Below, piece after piece: positions 38,347-46,901 of a stretch of 64,000 nucleotides of DNA. How positions within the stretch are numbered: position 1 is the stretch's first letter; the number at the start of each line of letters is the position of its first letter. The translations under genes and the position numbers were made by a program. Source of the stretch: Vulcanimicrobiota bacterium (GTDB lineage Bacteria; Vulcanimicrobiota; Xenobia; Xenobiales; JADMJV01); the NCBI GenBank assembly GCA_050250895.1, contig JBFWNU010000007.1, positions 369,030 to 433,029 on the forward strand. Direction: 5' to 3'. The notes under the pieces are model-generated. The model ran no database searches, had not been told where the DNA came from, and saw nothing but the letters and a program-made list of their open reading frames with translations.

Positions 38347-39654
38347 ATGAAACGAATTCTTTGCCTGGTTTTTCTTATGGCCGGAGTGGCCTGGGCCTCG
38401 CCCCTCGAGGTGGTTGAACTCGATTGGGGAGGGGATGCGACCCTGGGTGCCACGGTCGAAATCAAAGCTGTCGTTCAGAATCGTTCCGATGAGGTCATCA
38501 ATGGCGCTGTGGTGGTGGTCCGGTCGGGCGGTCAAGAGCTGGGTCAACTCAGCGACCGCACCCGCATTCCACCAGGTCAGAAGAGCGTGTTGAAGGCCAG
38601 CTTCACGGTTCCGACTCCACTTGTCGGCCAATCGACCGAGCGGCTCGAGGCCAGGGCGCGGAAGTATTTTCTCCCCGACTTGAGTATCGAACGGGTCAGT
38701 CTGCCGGCCTATCTGGTGGCCGGTCAACGTTCCGAGATCGTCGTATGGGTGAAGAATGACGGCGATGACGAGGCCCTGGCCCCGACCGTTGGCCTGCGCT
38801 CTAACGGAAAGCCTGTGGCCAATCAAACAGCCGCCCAGTCGGTCGGACCCAAGCGAAGCATGCCCTATACCCTTCATTGGGTTCCTAAAGAAACGGGCAA
38901 TCTTGAACTCGACATCATGGCCGACCCGGCCGACCGCCTCGAAGAACTCGACGAGTCCAACAACGGACAACACGCCAGTATCGAGGTCAAAGCCGACGAG
39001 GGCGACCCGCTGCTGGTCACCTCGGTTTCCCTCAATCCGTCTCCGCTGCGAGTGGCTTCTCCGGCCACGGCTCAGGTGACGGTCAAGAACCGAGGAACGT
39101 TGCCTCTGGCCAGAATTCCGCTACGCATCTATGCCAACGGAGAAATGCTCAAGGAGTATATCGGACGCGAACGACTCGAGCCTGAAGAGTCGCGCACCTT
39201 TCTCATTCGGTGGGTGCCCAAGCGAGCCGGCGAGCAGACCGTCGTGGTCGACATCGACGGGCAGCCCGATCCCAAGGACGGCCGCAACCGCAAATTGGTC
39301 GAGGTGGTGGATCGTCCGGCCCAGGATCTGCAGGTGACGGCGATTGATCTGGGCTCGACGGTGATGGTGGGCAAACGCTATAAGTTGCTGGTGGACGTGG
39401 CCAATCTCGGAGAACTCGATGCCACCACCTGTCGGGTCAAGCTTCTCGAAGACGGCGCCCAGCGCGAAGACGCTGTTTCGCAGGCGTTTGACCTGGCCGC
39501 GGGCAAGACCGCTCGCGTGCCCGTCGATTGGATTCCCCAGCGTCGCGGAAAGCGCAATTTGAGGGTGGTCATCTTTTCCGAAGGTGTCAGCCAGGAGCGC
39601 CAGGTCGAAAACAATGAACTCGTGCACGAACTCGAGGTGACCGGCCACAAGTGA
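38347..39654 (+). CDS. Secreted CARDB (Ig-like) repeat protein
   Basis: Signal peptide; PDLSI, VKNDG, DPADRLEELDESNN, ENNE motifs. Confidence 0.85.
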   Translation: MKRILCLVFLMAGVAWASPLEVVELDWGGDATLGATVEIKAVVQNRSDEVINGAVVVVRSGGQELGQLSDRTRIPPGQKSVLKASFTVPTPLVGQSTERLEARARKYFLPDLSIERVSLPAYLVAGQRSEIVVWVKNDGDDEALAPTVGLRSNGKPVANQTAAQSVGPKRSMPYTLHWVPKETGNLELDIMADPADRLEELDESNNGQHASIEVKADEGDPLLVTSVSLNPSPLRVASPATAQVTVKNRGTLPLARIPLRIYANGEMLKEYIGRERLEPEESRTFLIRWVPKRAGEQTVVVDIDGQPDPKDGRNRKLVEVVDRPAQDLQVTAIDLGSTVMVGKRYKLLVDVANLGELDATTCRVKLLEDGAQREDAVSQAFDLAAGKTARVPVDWIPQRRGKRNLRVVIFSEGVSQERQVENNELVHELEVTGHK

Positions 39655-40376
39655 GTGGCCCCTTCCAGCTGTTTGGGCCATCCCACGTGGGCGCCCTGCT
39701 GCTGACAGGAGTGGGCTGCGCTATAGCCTTTCAGGCGAGTCGGGGAGAGCAGGCCGAGGCGGTGCGCAAGGCGAGCGGCATCGGCTTTTTTCTCTTTCTG
39801 GCGGTCATCTATGGAGAGCGGTTCTGGTCGGGGTTCCAGCCAGGTTTGGATCTGCCTCTGCAGGTTTGCGATGTGGTCTTTCTGGTCTGTTTGGTCGGGT
39901 TTTGGCGGGCCTGGCCGGGGAGCCTTGATCTGGTCTATTTCTGGGGACTGGCGGGAACGATGCAGGCCTTGCTCACGCCGGATGTTCCCCACGGCTTTCC
40001 CTCGCGGGAGTTTTGTCTGTTCTTCGCGGGACACGGCCTGATCTTGCTGGGCTTGACGGTCCTTCTGACCAGTCGCGGTTACCGAGCCGAACGGGCCGGG
40101 CCCTGGCGGGCCTGGTTGGCTCTGGTGGGGTATACGGTCCTGGTGGGTAGCCTGGATTTGGCCACCGGTTGGAACTATGGCTACCTACTGCGTAAGCCCC
40201 AGCAAGCCACTTTGCTCGACCATTTGGGCGGGTGGCCGTTTTATGTGGTGGTGGGTTTGCTAGTTGCCCTGATGCTGTTTCTTTTGTTATATTTGCCGTG
40301 GGTGGTGTTCGGCAGGACCCCCAACGTCTCGCCAGAACTGACCCCGACGCCGTCTCACCACAAAAAGCGCAGTTAG
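39651..40376 (+). CDS. YwaF/TIGR02206-like integral membrane protein
   Basis: FGPSH, LPLQVCD, GTMQALLTPD, FFAGH, NYGYLLRKP, LLDHLGGWPFY. Confidence 0.85.
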   Translation: MSGPFQLFGPSHVGALLLTGVGCAIAFQASRGEQAEAVRKASGIGFFLFLAVIYGERFWSGFQPGLDLPLQVCDVVFLVCLVGFWRAWPGSLDLVYFWGLAGTMQALLTPDVPHGFPSREFCLFFAGHGLILLGLTVLLTSRGYRAERAGPWRAWLALVGYTVLVGSLDLATGWNYGYLLRKPQQATLLDHLGGWPFYVVVGLLVALMLFLLLYLPWVVFGRTPNVSPELTPTPSHHKKRS

Positions 40377-40379
40377 AGG

Positions 40380-40958
40380 ATGTCCATGCAAACGATTGAA
40401 AGATTTTTAAGCGATCTCGACGGAAAACTCTGTGGGGTGTGCGATTGCCAGCGGGCGGTAGAACAGACCGCTAGCATTTTAGAGCGCTACACCGCCGAGC
40501 ATTTTCCGCTGCCTGATCGCCTGACCACACTGGGCAGCAGCAAATACGCTCGTCATCTCGTCTATCACAGCCCCGACTGTGGTTGTTGCGTGGTGGCTAT
40601 GGTGTGGGGTCCGGGGCAGGGCACGCCCGTGCACGACCACGCCGGTACGTGGTGCGTGGAAGGCTGCGTCCAGGGACGGTTGCGGATCACCAACTATCGG
40701 CTCGACGAAGAATTGGCCAACGACCGGGTGCGCATGACCCGCCAGGAGAGTATCGAAGTGCGTCCTGGAGCGGTGGGTAGTCTGATCCCGCCTTTCGAAC
40801 ACCACACCATCGAAAACCCCTTTGATGAACCCGCCATCACCCTGCATGTCTACGGCAAGGAACTTGACGTCTGCACCCGCTTCGTGGAAGAAGAGCCGGG
40901 CATTTATCGGGTAGAGCGGGTCAACATGGCCTACTGCTCGGTGCCCGCTTCAGCCTGA
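40380..40958 (+). CDS. Cysteine dioxygenase type I family protein
   Basis: YARHL, WGPGQGTPVHDH, HTIEN, ITLHVY cupin 3-His motif. Confidence 0.9.
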   Translation: MSMQTIERFLSDLDGKLCGVCDCQRAVEQTASILERYTAEHFPLPDRLTTLGSSKYARHLVYHSPDCGCCVVAMVWGPGQGTPVHDHAGTWCVEGCVQGRLRITNYRLDEELANDRVRMTRQESIEVRPGAVGSLIPPFEHHTIENPFDEPAITLHVYGKELDVCTRFVEEEPGIYRVERVNMAYCSVPASA

Positions 40959-42193
40959 GAACGCTCGAGTTCTTGGGTTACTGAAGGCACCACATCTTCC
41001 AGTTTCTGGGTGAGGCTCTTCTTGTCGGGAGTCTTCTTGCCCATCTTCTTGAGCGCATCGAAAATCTTCGACTGTGCCTCTTTGGTATAGGAGCGCAAGT
41101 CTTTTCGGCTGGGTTTCTTGCCGGTCTCGAACCAGCGCATGCAGGCGTAGCCAATGGCCAGCGTAGCCGAGCCGGCCACGCTGGCCGACACCAGCCAGCC
41201 GGGTGCTCCGGCCACCTTGGAGAGCTCTTGAAAAGCCAATCGGGCCAACCAGCCGGCCCCGAAGGTGGTCACTAACTCGAAGGCGCGAGAGGCGTTGAGA
41301 GGCCTTCCGTAGATACGGGCCAGGGTCACGACCATGGAAACCTGGACCCCGGTCAAAGGCACGATGTCCATCAGCGGGATCGGCGTGAGAGCCACCACCG
41401 TGGCCGCCACTACCGAACGGCGCACGCATTGCCAGCCGAGCTTTCGGCGTAGCGGGGTCATCAACTCTCCGAGTTGACCCAGCAAGCGTGGCTCGGCGGC
41501 GGCGATTTCGAGCACCAACCGCTCGGTTCCCCGACCTTTATGGGCCGAAGCCGGAATGACCGACTCGGGGGTCAAGCCCAGCACGCGGGCGGCCGCTTCT
41601 CGGACTCGGTCACGATCCTTGGGGCCGACGAGATCGATCTTGTTGAGCACTACCAGGTGCGGCTTCTTGAGGGCCGCCAGTTCGAGATACAGAGCCCGAT
41701 CGGAAGCGGTCACACTGCGGGCGGCGTCGAAAACGATGACCAAAAAGTCGGCTTCCTCGGCCGCCTCGAGGGCTAGATTTCGTTCGTGGGCGCCCTCTTC
41801 GCTGCCGTGATCGGCGCCCGGGGTGTCCACCAGCGAGAACAAGCCCAGGTCGGCCACCTGGTTCTGGCGGGTGGTCCCGGCTACCGGCGAGACCTCTGCC
41901 TTGGACTCTTCCAGAGTGACCAGGCTGTTGTAGAGTGTCGACTTTCCCACGTTGACCGGACCAACCACGGCGACCTTGGACAGGGGTGCCACGGCCGGAC
42001 CCGCCATGCGCTGCATCACGGTCAACAACTCGTTGGAGCTGGCCGGACTCTTGCCCACCAACTTCGAGAACAGGCCTAAGGTAAGCTCCAGTTCGCGGCG
42101 CACATCGGGGGGCACACCGCCCCAGATGGAACGAACCAGTTCGCGCGACTCGGGAGGAAACACCTCAAGCAGAGTTTCGAGTTGACTACTCAT
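40931..42193 (-). CDS. GTPase (MMR_HSR1) plus DUF697 domain protein
   Basis: GPVNVGKS, DTPG, NKID, SA motifs; C-terminal TPIPLMDIVPL...Q..MV..LARIYG. Confidence 0.85.
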   Translation of the reverse strand: MSSQLETLLEVFPPESRELVRSIWGGVPPDVRRELELTLGLFSKLVGKSPASSNELLTVMQRMAGPAVAPLSKVAVVGPVNVGKSTLYNSLVTLEESKAEVSPVAGTTRQNQVADLGLFSLVDTPGADHGSEEGAHERNLALEAAEEADFLVIVFDAARSVTASDRALYLELAALKKPHLVVLNKIDLVGPKDRDRVREAAARVLGLTPESVIPASAHKGRGTERLVLEIAAAEPRLLGQLGELMTPLRRKLGWQCVRRSVVAATVVALTPIPLMDIVPLTGVQVSMVVTLARIYGRPLNASRAFELVTTFGAGWLARLAFQELSKVAGAPGWLVSASVAGSATLAIGYACMRWFETGKKPSRKDLRSYTKEAQSKIFDALKKMGKKTPDKKSLTQKLEDVVPSVTQELERSQAEAGTEQ

Positions 42194-42744
42194 CTCCCAT
42201 CGTTTTCGGGAACGGGGGGAGCGAGCCTGCCCCATTGGCGCAAGATCTCGAAAAGGATGACGCCGTACGCGGTAGCCACGTTGATGGTCCGTTTATAGCC
42301 CAGCACCGGGATGGATACCTGGTGATGGCACAACTGTAACACCTGGGGATCGATCCCCTCGACTTCATGACCGAGCACCAGGGCGACCGGAGTGGGCCAA
42401 GCAAACTCGGTATACACTACGGCGTCGTTGGTATTCTCGACAGCCACGATGGGAATGCCCTGGCCGCGTAGGGATTCTAAGGCTTCGGCGGTGGTGTGAT
42501 GATAGGTCCAGTCGACGTAATCGAAGGCACCCAGGGCCGTCTTCTCAAGCTTGGGGTTGGGTGGGTGCGCGCACAGCCCGCATAAATAAAGGTGTTCGAC
42601 CGCCCCGGCGTCGGAGGTTCGAAATGCCGACCCCACATTGAAGGCACTGCGAAAGTTGTCGAGAACGACGTGAATAGGATTTCTTTCAATACTCGGCAAC
42701 TGGTCGGGGGGGATGCCGGCGTAGTGCGGCTCAAGAATCGACAC
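42190..42744 (-). CDS. TrmH/SpoU family RNA methyltransferase
   Basis: LDNFRSAFNVGSAFRTSD, LGHEVEGI, INVATA. Confidence 0.92.
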   Translation of the reverse strand: MSILEPHYAGIPPDQLPSIERNPIHVVLDNFRSAFNVGSAFRTSDAGAVEHLYLCGLCAHPPNPKLEKTALGAFDYVDWTYHHTTAEALESLRGQGIPIVAVENTNDAVVYTEFAWPTPVALVLGHEVEGIDPQVLQLCHHQVSIPVLGYKRTINVATAYGVILFEILRQWGRLAPPVPENDGR

Positions 42745-42843
42745 CGCTCGGCTTCTACGCTGTCCCGCCGTTGCCCTCTGGAGGAATCGATTCTAAATCC
42801 GAGAAGTTAAAGCCGGCTTATAGGAAGTGTCGAGGTCCCTATC

Positions 42844-43650
42844 ATGTTTGGTTGGTTCAGGAAGTCCGAGGTTGTCCAATTCGTGAAAATCGAAGGACGA
42901 GCTCTCACCTTCAAGTCCGAACGCGGTTATAAACTCAAGGCGCAGCCCACGATTCAAATCGACATCCCCATCGCCAGCGGGGGCTCGCAGCGCTTCAAGT
43001 TACCGGTCACCATACGGCAGGTTCGCGAGGTCGCCAAGAAGCAGTACATTTGCACGGGCGAAGTCCCGGGTGCGGCCCAGTCGGTCGAGCAGTTGCGTCA
43101 ACTTCTCATCGGGCTCGATCCGATGGCGGCCGGCGCCAGCGGCGACGATGAAGACGACTTCGCCAACATGCGGCGCAGCCCCCGCTACCCCTGGAGCCTG
43201 CGCGTGCTCTCCAAGGATCTGGTCGGTTTTCAGGGCGTCTCCATCGACTTCAACAAGCTGGGCGTGAAGATCGCCACCGAGGGGCCGGCTGAATTGGGCA
43301 GTATCATCACCATGATGCTCGAGATCGAAACGGCCAAGACCAGAGAATTGCTCTGTCAGGGCGAAGTTCGCTGGTCCAACGAGATCGCTCGCCGACGGTG
43401 GGAGGTCGGCATCGAGTTTCGCGACCTCGAGCCCGAGGTGGCTAAAGAACTCGAACAGTTCGAGAAGTTCCTTGAATCCCGTCAGACCGACAACATCTCC
43501 AAGCGGACCATCATCGACTCTACCCTGTATGTCGACGACGCTTTCGGCCCCGGGGTGGACGGTCTTGAAGAAGAGCCGAGCGAGTCAAACGACGACGCCG
43601 AGCAAGAAACTGTCGAAGCTCCCGAAGAAGAAACCTCAACCTCAAGCTGA
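42844..43650 (+). CDS. PilZ-domain protein with acidic tail
   Basis: RRSPR...DFNKLG, GEVRW, GIEF. Confidence 0.75.
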   Translation: MFGWFRKSEVVQFVKIEGRALTFKSERGYKLKAQPTIQIDIPIASGGSQRFKLPVTIRQVREVAKKQYICTGEVPGAAQSVEQLRQLLIGLDPMAAGASGDDEDDFANMRRSPRYPWSLRVLSKDLVGFQGVSIDFNKLGVKIATEGPAELGSIITMMLEIETAKTRELLCQGEVRWSNEIARRRWEVGIEFRDLEPEVAKELEQFEKFLESRQTDNISKRTIIDSTLYVDDAFGPGVDGLEEEPSESNDDAEQETVEAPEEETSTSS

Positions 43651-44200
43651 GAATCCGGCCGCCTTCCTGGCTCTGGCCTGTGAGCGAGCCCTGGCGCAGC
43701 AGATCTACGCCGTAGAGTTCGCCGTTCTCTTTTCTCATCTCGAGCGCCATGTGCAGGCCCAGCAGTCCTTTCTGGCCGACTTTGCAACCGAGCCCTCGGT
43801 CTTGCAGAAGGCTCGAGAATCGTGGCATCGACTGGGCGAGGTTCTCGACCTGATCCGCAGTTTCGCCGAGACGGCCGATCTGGCCGCACTGGATCGTGGC
43901 CTGGGGCTGTGTCGCAACCTGGTTTTCGACTTCGACGAACTGTTCGCCAGGGCCCGTCTGGTTGGGGCGGGCGAGTTGGAAGAACGTCTTTCGGTGCCCG
44001 CGCTCGAGCGCGAATGGCAGGAGAAGTGGCAGGCCAGAGTGGCCCGCCAGCATGGTCAAACACGAGCCGAATTCCATTGCAAAACCTGCGGTTGGACCTT
44101 TGCCTATACCTGCGAGGTGGGCGTTCACGAGGAGCTAGAGCTACCCTTTGAAGAGTTTGACTGCCCTGTCTGTGAAGTCGAGCCTGGAGTTAACAGCTAG
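43529..44200 (+). CDS. Hypothetical helical protein with C-terminal zinc ribbon
   Basis: FHCKTCG...FDCPVC; the true start is unclear because candidates overlap the upstream gene. Confidence 0.55.
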   Translation: MSTTLSAPGWTVLKKSRASQTTTPSKKLSKLPKKKPQPQAENPAAFLALACERALAQQIYAVEFAVLFSHLERHVQAQQSFLADFATEPSVLQKARESWHRLGEVLDLIRSFAETADLAALDRGLGLCRNLVFDFDELFARARLVGAGELEERLSVPALEREWQEKWQARVARQHGQTRAEFHCKTCGWTFAYTCEVGVHEELELPFEEFDCPVCEVEPGVNS

Positions 44201-44256
44201 TTTACTTCGTGGTCTGCCTGGTCGGGTATTTTCGCAGCGAAGGAATAGTTACTGCT

Positions 44257-45873
44257 TTGCGGATTTCCCCCCTGATACCGCTAGCCCGGTCCGCGGTCGC
44301 GCCCAAGCCGCACGGTGACCATCCACCCGTGATGGTTGCCCTTGGCGATAGCCTGACGGCCGGCACCCAGGACGGCGTGACCCGGCTCGAGCGCCAGCGC
44401 ATGGTGTATACCCGGCAACTGGCCCAGGCTGCAGGCATCGAGTTCAACATGCCCGAGATCACCTCGCCCGGGATCCCCTTCGAGATTTTCGGAGAGCCAG
44501 GCGTGCAGTTGGGGCCCTTCGGCCGTTTGAAGAAGACGATGCTGACGGCGCTGGCGCCGCTGGCGGCGTGGGCCTACTATCTGGGCGCACCGCCCTTCCT
44601 CTATCCCTCGGTGGTCAGCATCCTGGGTGGGGGAGAACGCACCGTGGAAAGCCGCGACAAGACCCAGCACAGCTTTGCCATCGCTGGCTTCGAGGCGCGC
44701 CATCTGGCCGAGGTGGCCAACCCTCGCGATTTCATGGAGCTGATCCACAATCGCACGGAGACCGTCAATGGGCTGGCCCAGCAGGTGCCGCTCATCAAAG
44801 CCACTCTCCAGAAGGGGGGCGGCCGCACCATCGGCACCGAACTCGAGCAGGCCATCGAGGCCCGTCCCGATCTGGCCGTACTCTGGGCCGGCTCCAACGA
44901 CGCGCTCGAGGCGGCCTTCGCCGGCCGCATCGACGATCGCACGCTGACCCCCATCGAAGACGGTCCCTGGAGCTTTCGCGACCCCGGCCTGATTCGAGAC
45001 GGGGCCTGGATGACCACCGATAAAGCCTTGCCGGGCTTCCGCTCGACGATGGTGGGGGAGAAGGGCCTGATCACTCGCCTGCTCAACGAGACCGAGGCCG
45101 AGGTGATGCTACTCAATGTGCCTGACCCCAGCGTCATTCCCAACCTGATCAAGGTGGGGGGTACGGTCGGTCGGCTTCCTTATCGGCTGGTGCTGCCAGA
45201 TGGAACCGACGTGACCCGCGAGCTTGAGGAGATGGTCATTCCCCGGCGCATTCGAGGCGAGGGAAACGGCGGTCGACGCTTTTTTCCGCCGGGCTCGAAG
45301 GTGCCGGTGCTCAACCTGCTGGGCAGCCTCATGGATCAGGGCTCGTTCACCAGTCGCGAGGCCCTCCATCGCTCGCTGTTCAAAGTGCAGACCGAGGGCA
45401 TGCTGGGCGAGGATGACGTGCTCGACCCGGAGGAGTCGGCGCGCGTCCAGACCAGAGTCGGGGAGTATAACCAGATTCTACGTCGGGCGGCCGAGCAGAA
45501 TCCCCGAGTGCATCTGGTCGATGTCAACCGGGTGCTAAGCTCTGCCGACCGTGACGGCCGAGACCTGCGAGGCGCAGGTGCCGATCAGCGCATCACCACC
45601 ACCTATACCGGCATCGCCGACGGTCGCGGTTACGGGGGCATGTTCAGTTTCGACGGAGTCCACCCCAGCGACACCGGCCACGCGGTGGTGGCCAACGTGC
45701 TGCTCGATACCATCAAGAGCGAACTGGCCGGCGATCCTCGCTTTGCGGCCTTCATGGCGGCCGAACCCATTGACGAGAAGGCGGTCTACGCCAACGATCC
45801 TCACCAGGATTCACGCCAGGTGCTGGTGCTCGAACGTTCGGCCCTCGATAGTCTCTCTGAAAGCCTGGGCTAG
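44257..45873 (+). CDS. SGNH/GDSL hydrolase family protein
   Basis: VALGDSLTAG, WAGSND, DGVHPS catalytic blocks; TTG 44257 gives MRISP..., like the paralog start MRIQQ. Confidence 0.85.
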   Translation: MRISPLIPLARSAVAPKPHGDHPPVMVALGDSLTAGTQDGVTRLERQRMVYTRQLAQAAGIEFNMPEITSPGIPFEIFGEPGVQLGPFGRLKKTMLTALAPLAAWAYYLGAPPFLYPSVVSILGGGERTVESRDKTQHSFAIAGFEARHLAEVANPRDFMELIHNRTETVNGLAQQVPLIKATLQKGGGRTIGTELEQAIEARPDLAVLWAGSNDALEAAFAGRIDDRTLTPIEDGPWSFRDPGLIRDGAWMTTDKALPGFRSTMVGEKGLITRLLNETEAEVMLLNVPDPSVIPNLIKVGGTVGRLPYRLVLPDGTDVTRELEEMVIPRRIRGEGNGGRRFFPPGSKVPVLNLLGSLMDQGSFTSREALHRSLFKVQTEGMLGEDDVLDPEESARVQTRVGEYNQILRRAAEQNPRVHLVDVNRVLSSADRDGRDLRGAGADQRITTTYTGIADGRGYGGMFSFDGVHPSDTGHAVVANVLLDTIKSELAGDPRFAAFMAAEPIDEKAVYANDPHQDSRQVLVLERSALDSLSESLG

Positions 45874-46880
45874 AGGTTCATGATGGGGGCCATGATGGCT
45901 TTCATCTGGCCGATGACGATGACCCCCACCACGGCGCCCACGAGCAAGAGCAGCAGGATTGGCAGCAAGGTCATCAGGCGGTGGACCTGAGCCTTGAAGT
46001 CGCCCTCGAGATGTTCGGCCGCCTTTGATAGCAGGGGCGAGACGTTGCCCGATTCTTCGCCGCTGACCACCAGCGTGGTCACCATGGGTGGGAAAAGGGC
46101 TCCAAAACCCAACGTAGCCGAGACCGGTTGCCCGATGCCCACGGCCCGGTGGGCCGCCTCGATACGATCGCCGATGGCTCGATTGCCGCAGGCGCGGGCG
46201 GCCAGCGGGATGGCCTGATCGACCTTGAAGCCGGCCTCGTTGAGCTTGGCCATAGCATCTAGAAAGCGGGCCCGGGCCATCGTGCGGAAGGGGGTGCCCA
46301 ACACCGGCAGGGCGCAAATGAAGCCGTCAAAGAACTTGCGAAGACCCGAGTTCTGACTGGCCAGCCGATAGACCGTAAAGACGAACGCGGCCACGAGGTA
46401 GACCGGAATGAGAATCCCCAGAGTCACGGTGAGATAGGCTTCAAGGCCCTTGGTGATCAGCAAGAAGATGGGTGGAATAAAGACCGCGCAGTGCAGGATC
46501 AACAGCGGATAGACCAGCTTCGAGACGATCTGGGTCTTGAGCTGCCAGGAACGCTCGAGGCTCTCGGCCAGGTCGGACAACTGACCGTCGAGATTGCCGG
46601 AGGTCTCGCCGGAGTCGACCATGTGGACTTCGTAGGGGCTGAAGTAGAAGGGGTAGCGCCCCAGCACCTCGGACAGTCGATGGCCCCTGGAGATAAAGTC
46701 TGACATCTCGTTGGCGAGCTTGGGGCAGGTTTGGATGCCAGCCGTCTTGACGGCGCTGTTGATGGGAACGGCCGAGTGCACCAGCGTTGCCAGCTGGCGG
46801 TAGAAGATCGACTTCTGGTTGAGGGGAAAGCCCACCATCACGTCGACGGGAGTGGGAACGGCTTGAGGGAGCTTGGTCAC
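45870..46880 (-). CDS. Type II secretion/type IV pilus platform protein (GspF/PilC family)
   Basis: FYRQLATLVHS, GETSGNLD, LVYP, SGEESGNV duplicated T2SSF domains. Confidence 0.9.
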   Translation of the reverse strand: MTKLPQAVPTPVDVMVGFPLNQKSIFYRQLATLVHSAVPINSAVKTAGIQTCPKLANEMSDFISRGHRLSEVLGRYPFYFSPYEVHMVDSGETSGNLDGQLSDLAESLERSWQLKTQIVSKLVYPLLILHCAVFIPPIFLLITKGLEAYLTVTLGILIPVYLVAAFVFTVYRLASQNSGLRKFFDGFICALPVLGTPFRTMARARFLDAMAKLNEAGFKVDQAIPLAARACGNRAIGDRIEAAHRAVGIGQPVSATLGFGALFPPMVTTLVVSGEESGNVSPLLSKAAEHLEGDFKAQVHRLMTLLPILLLLLVGAVVGVIVIGQMKAIMAPIMNL

Positions 46881-46901
46881 TCCTTTTATTTCGCCCCGCG
46901 G

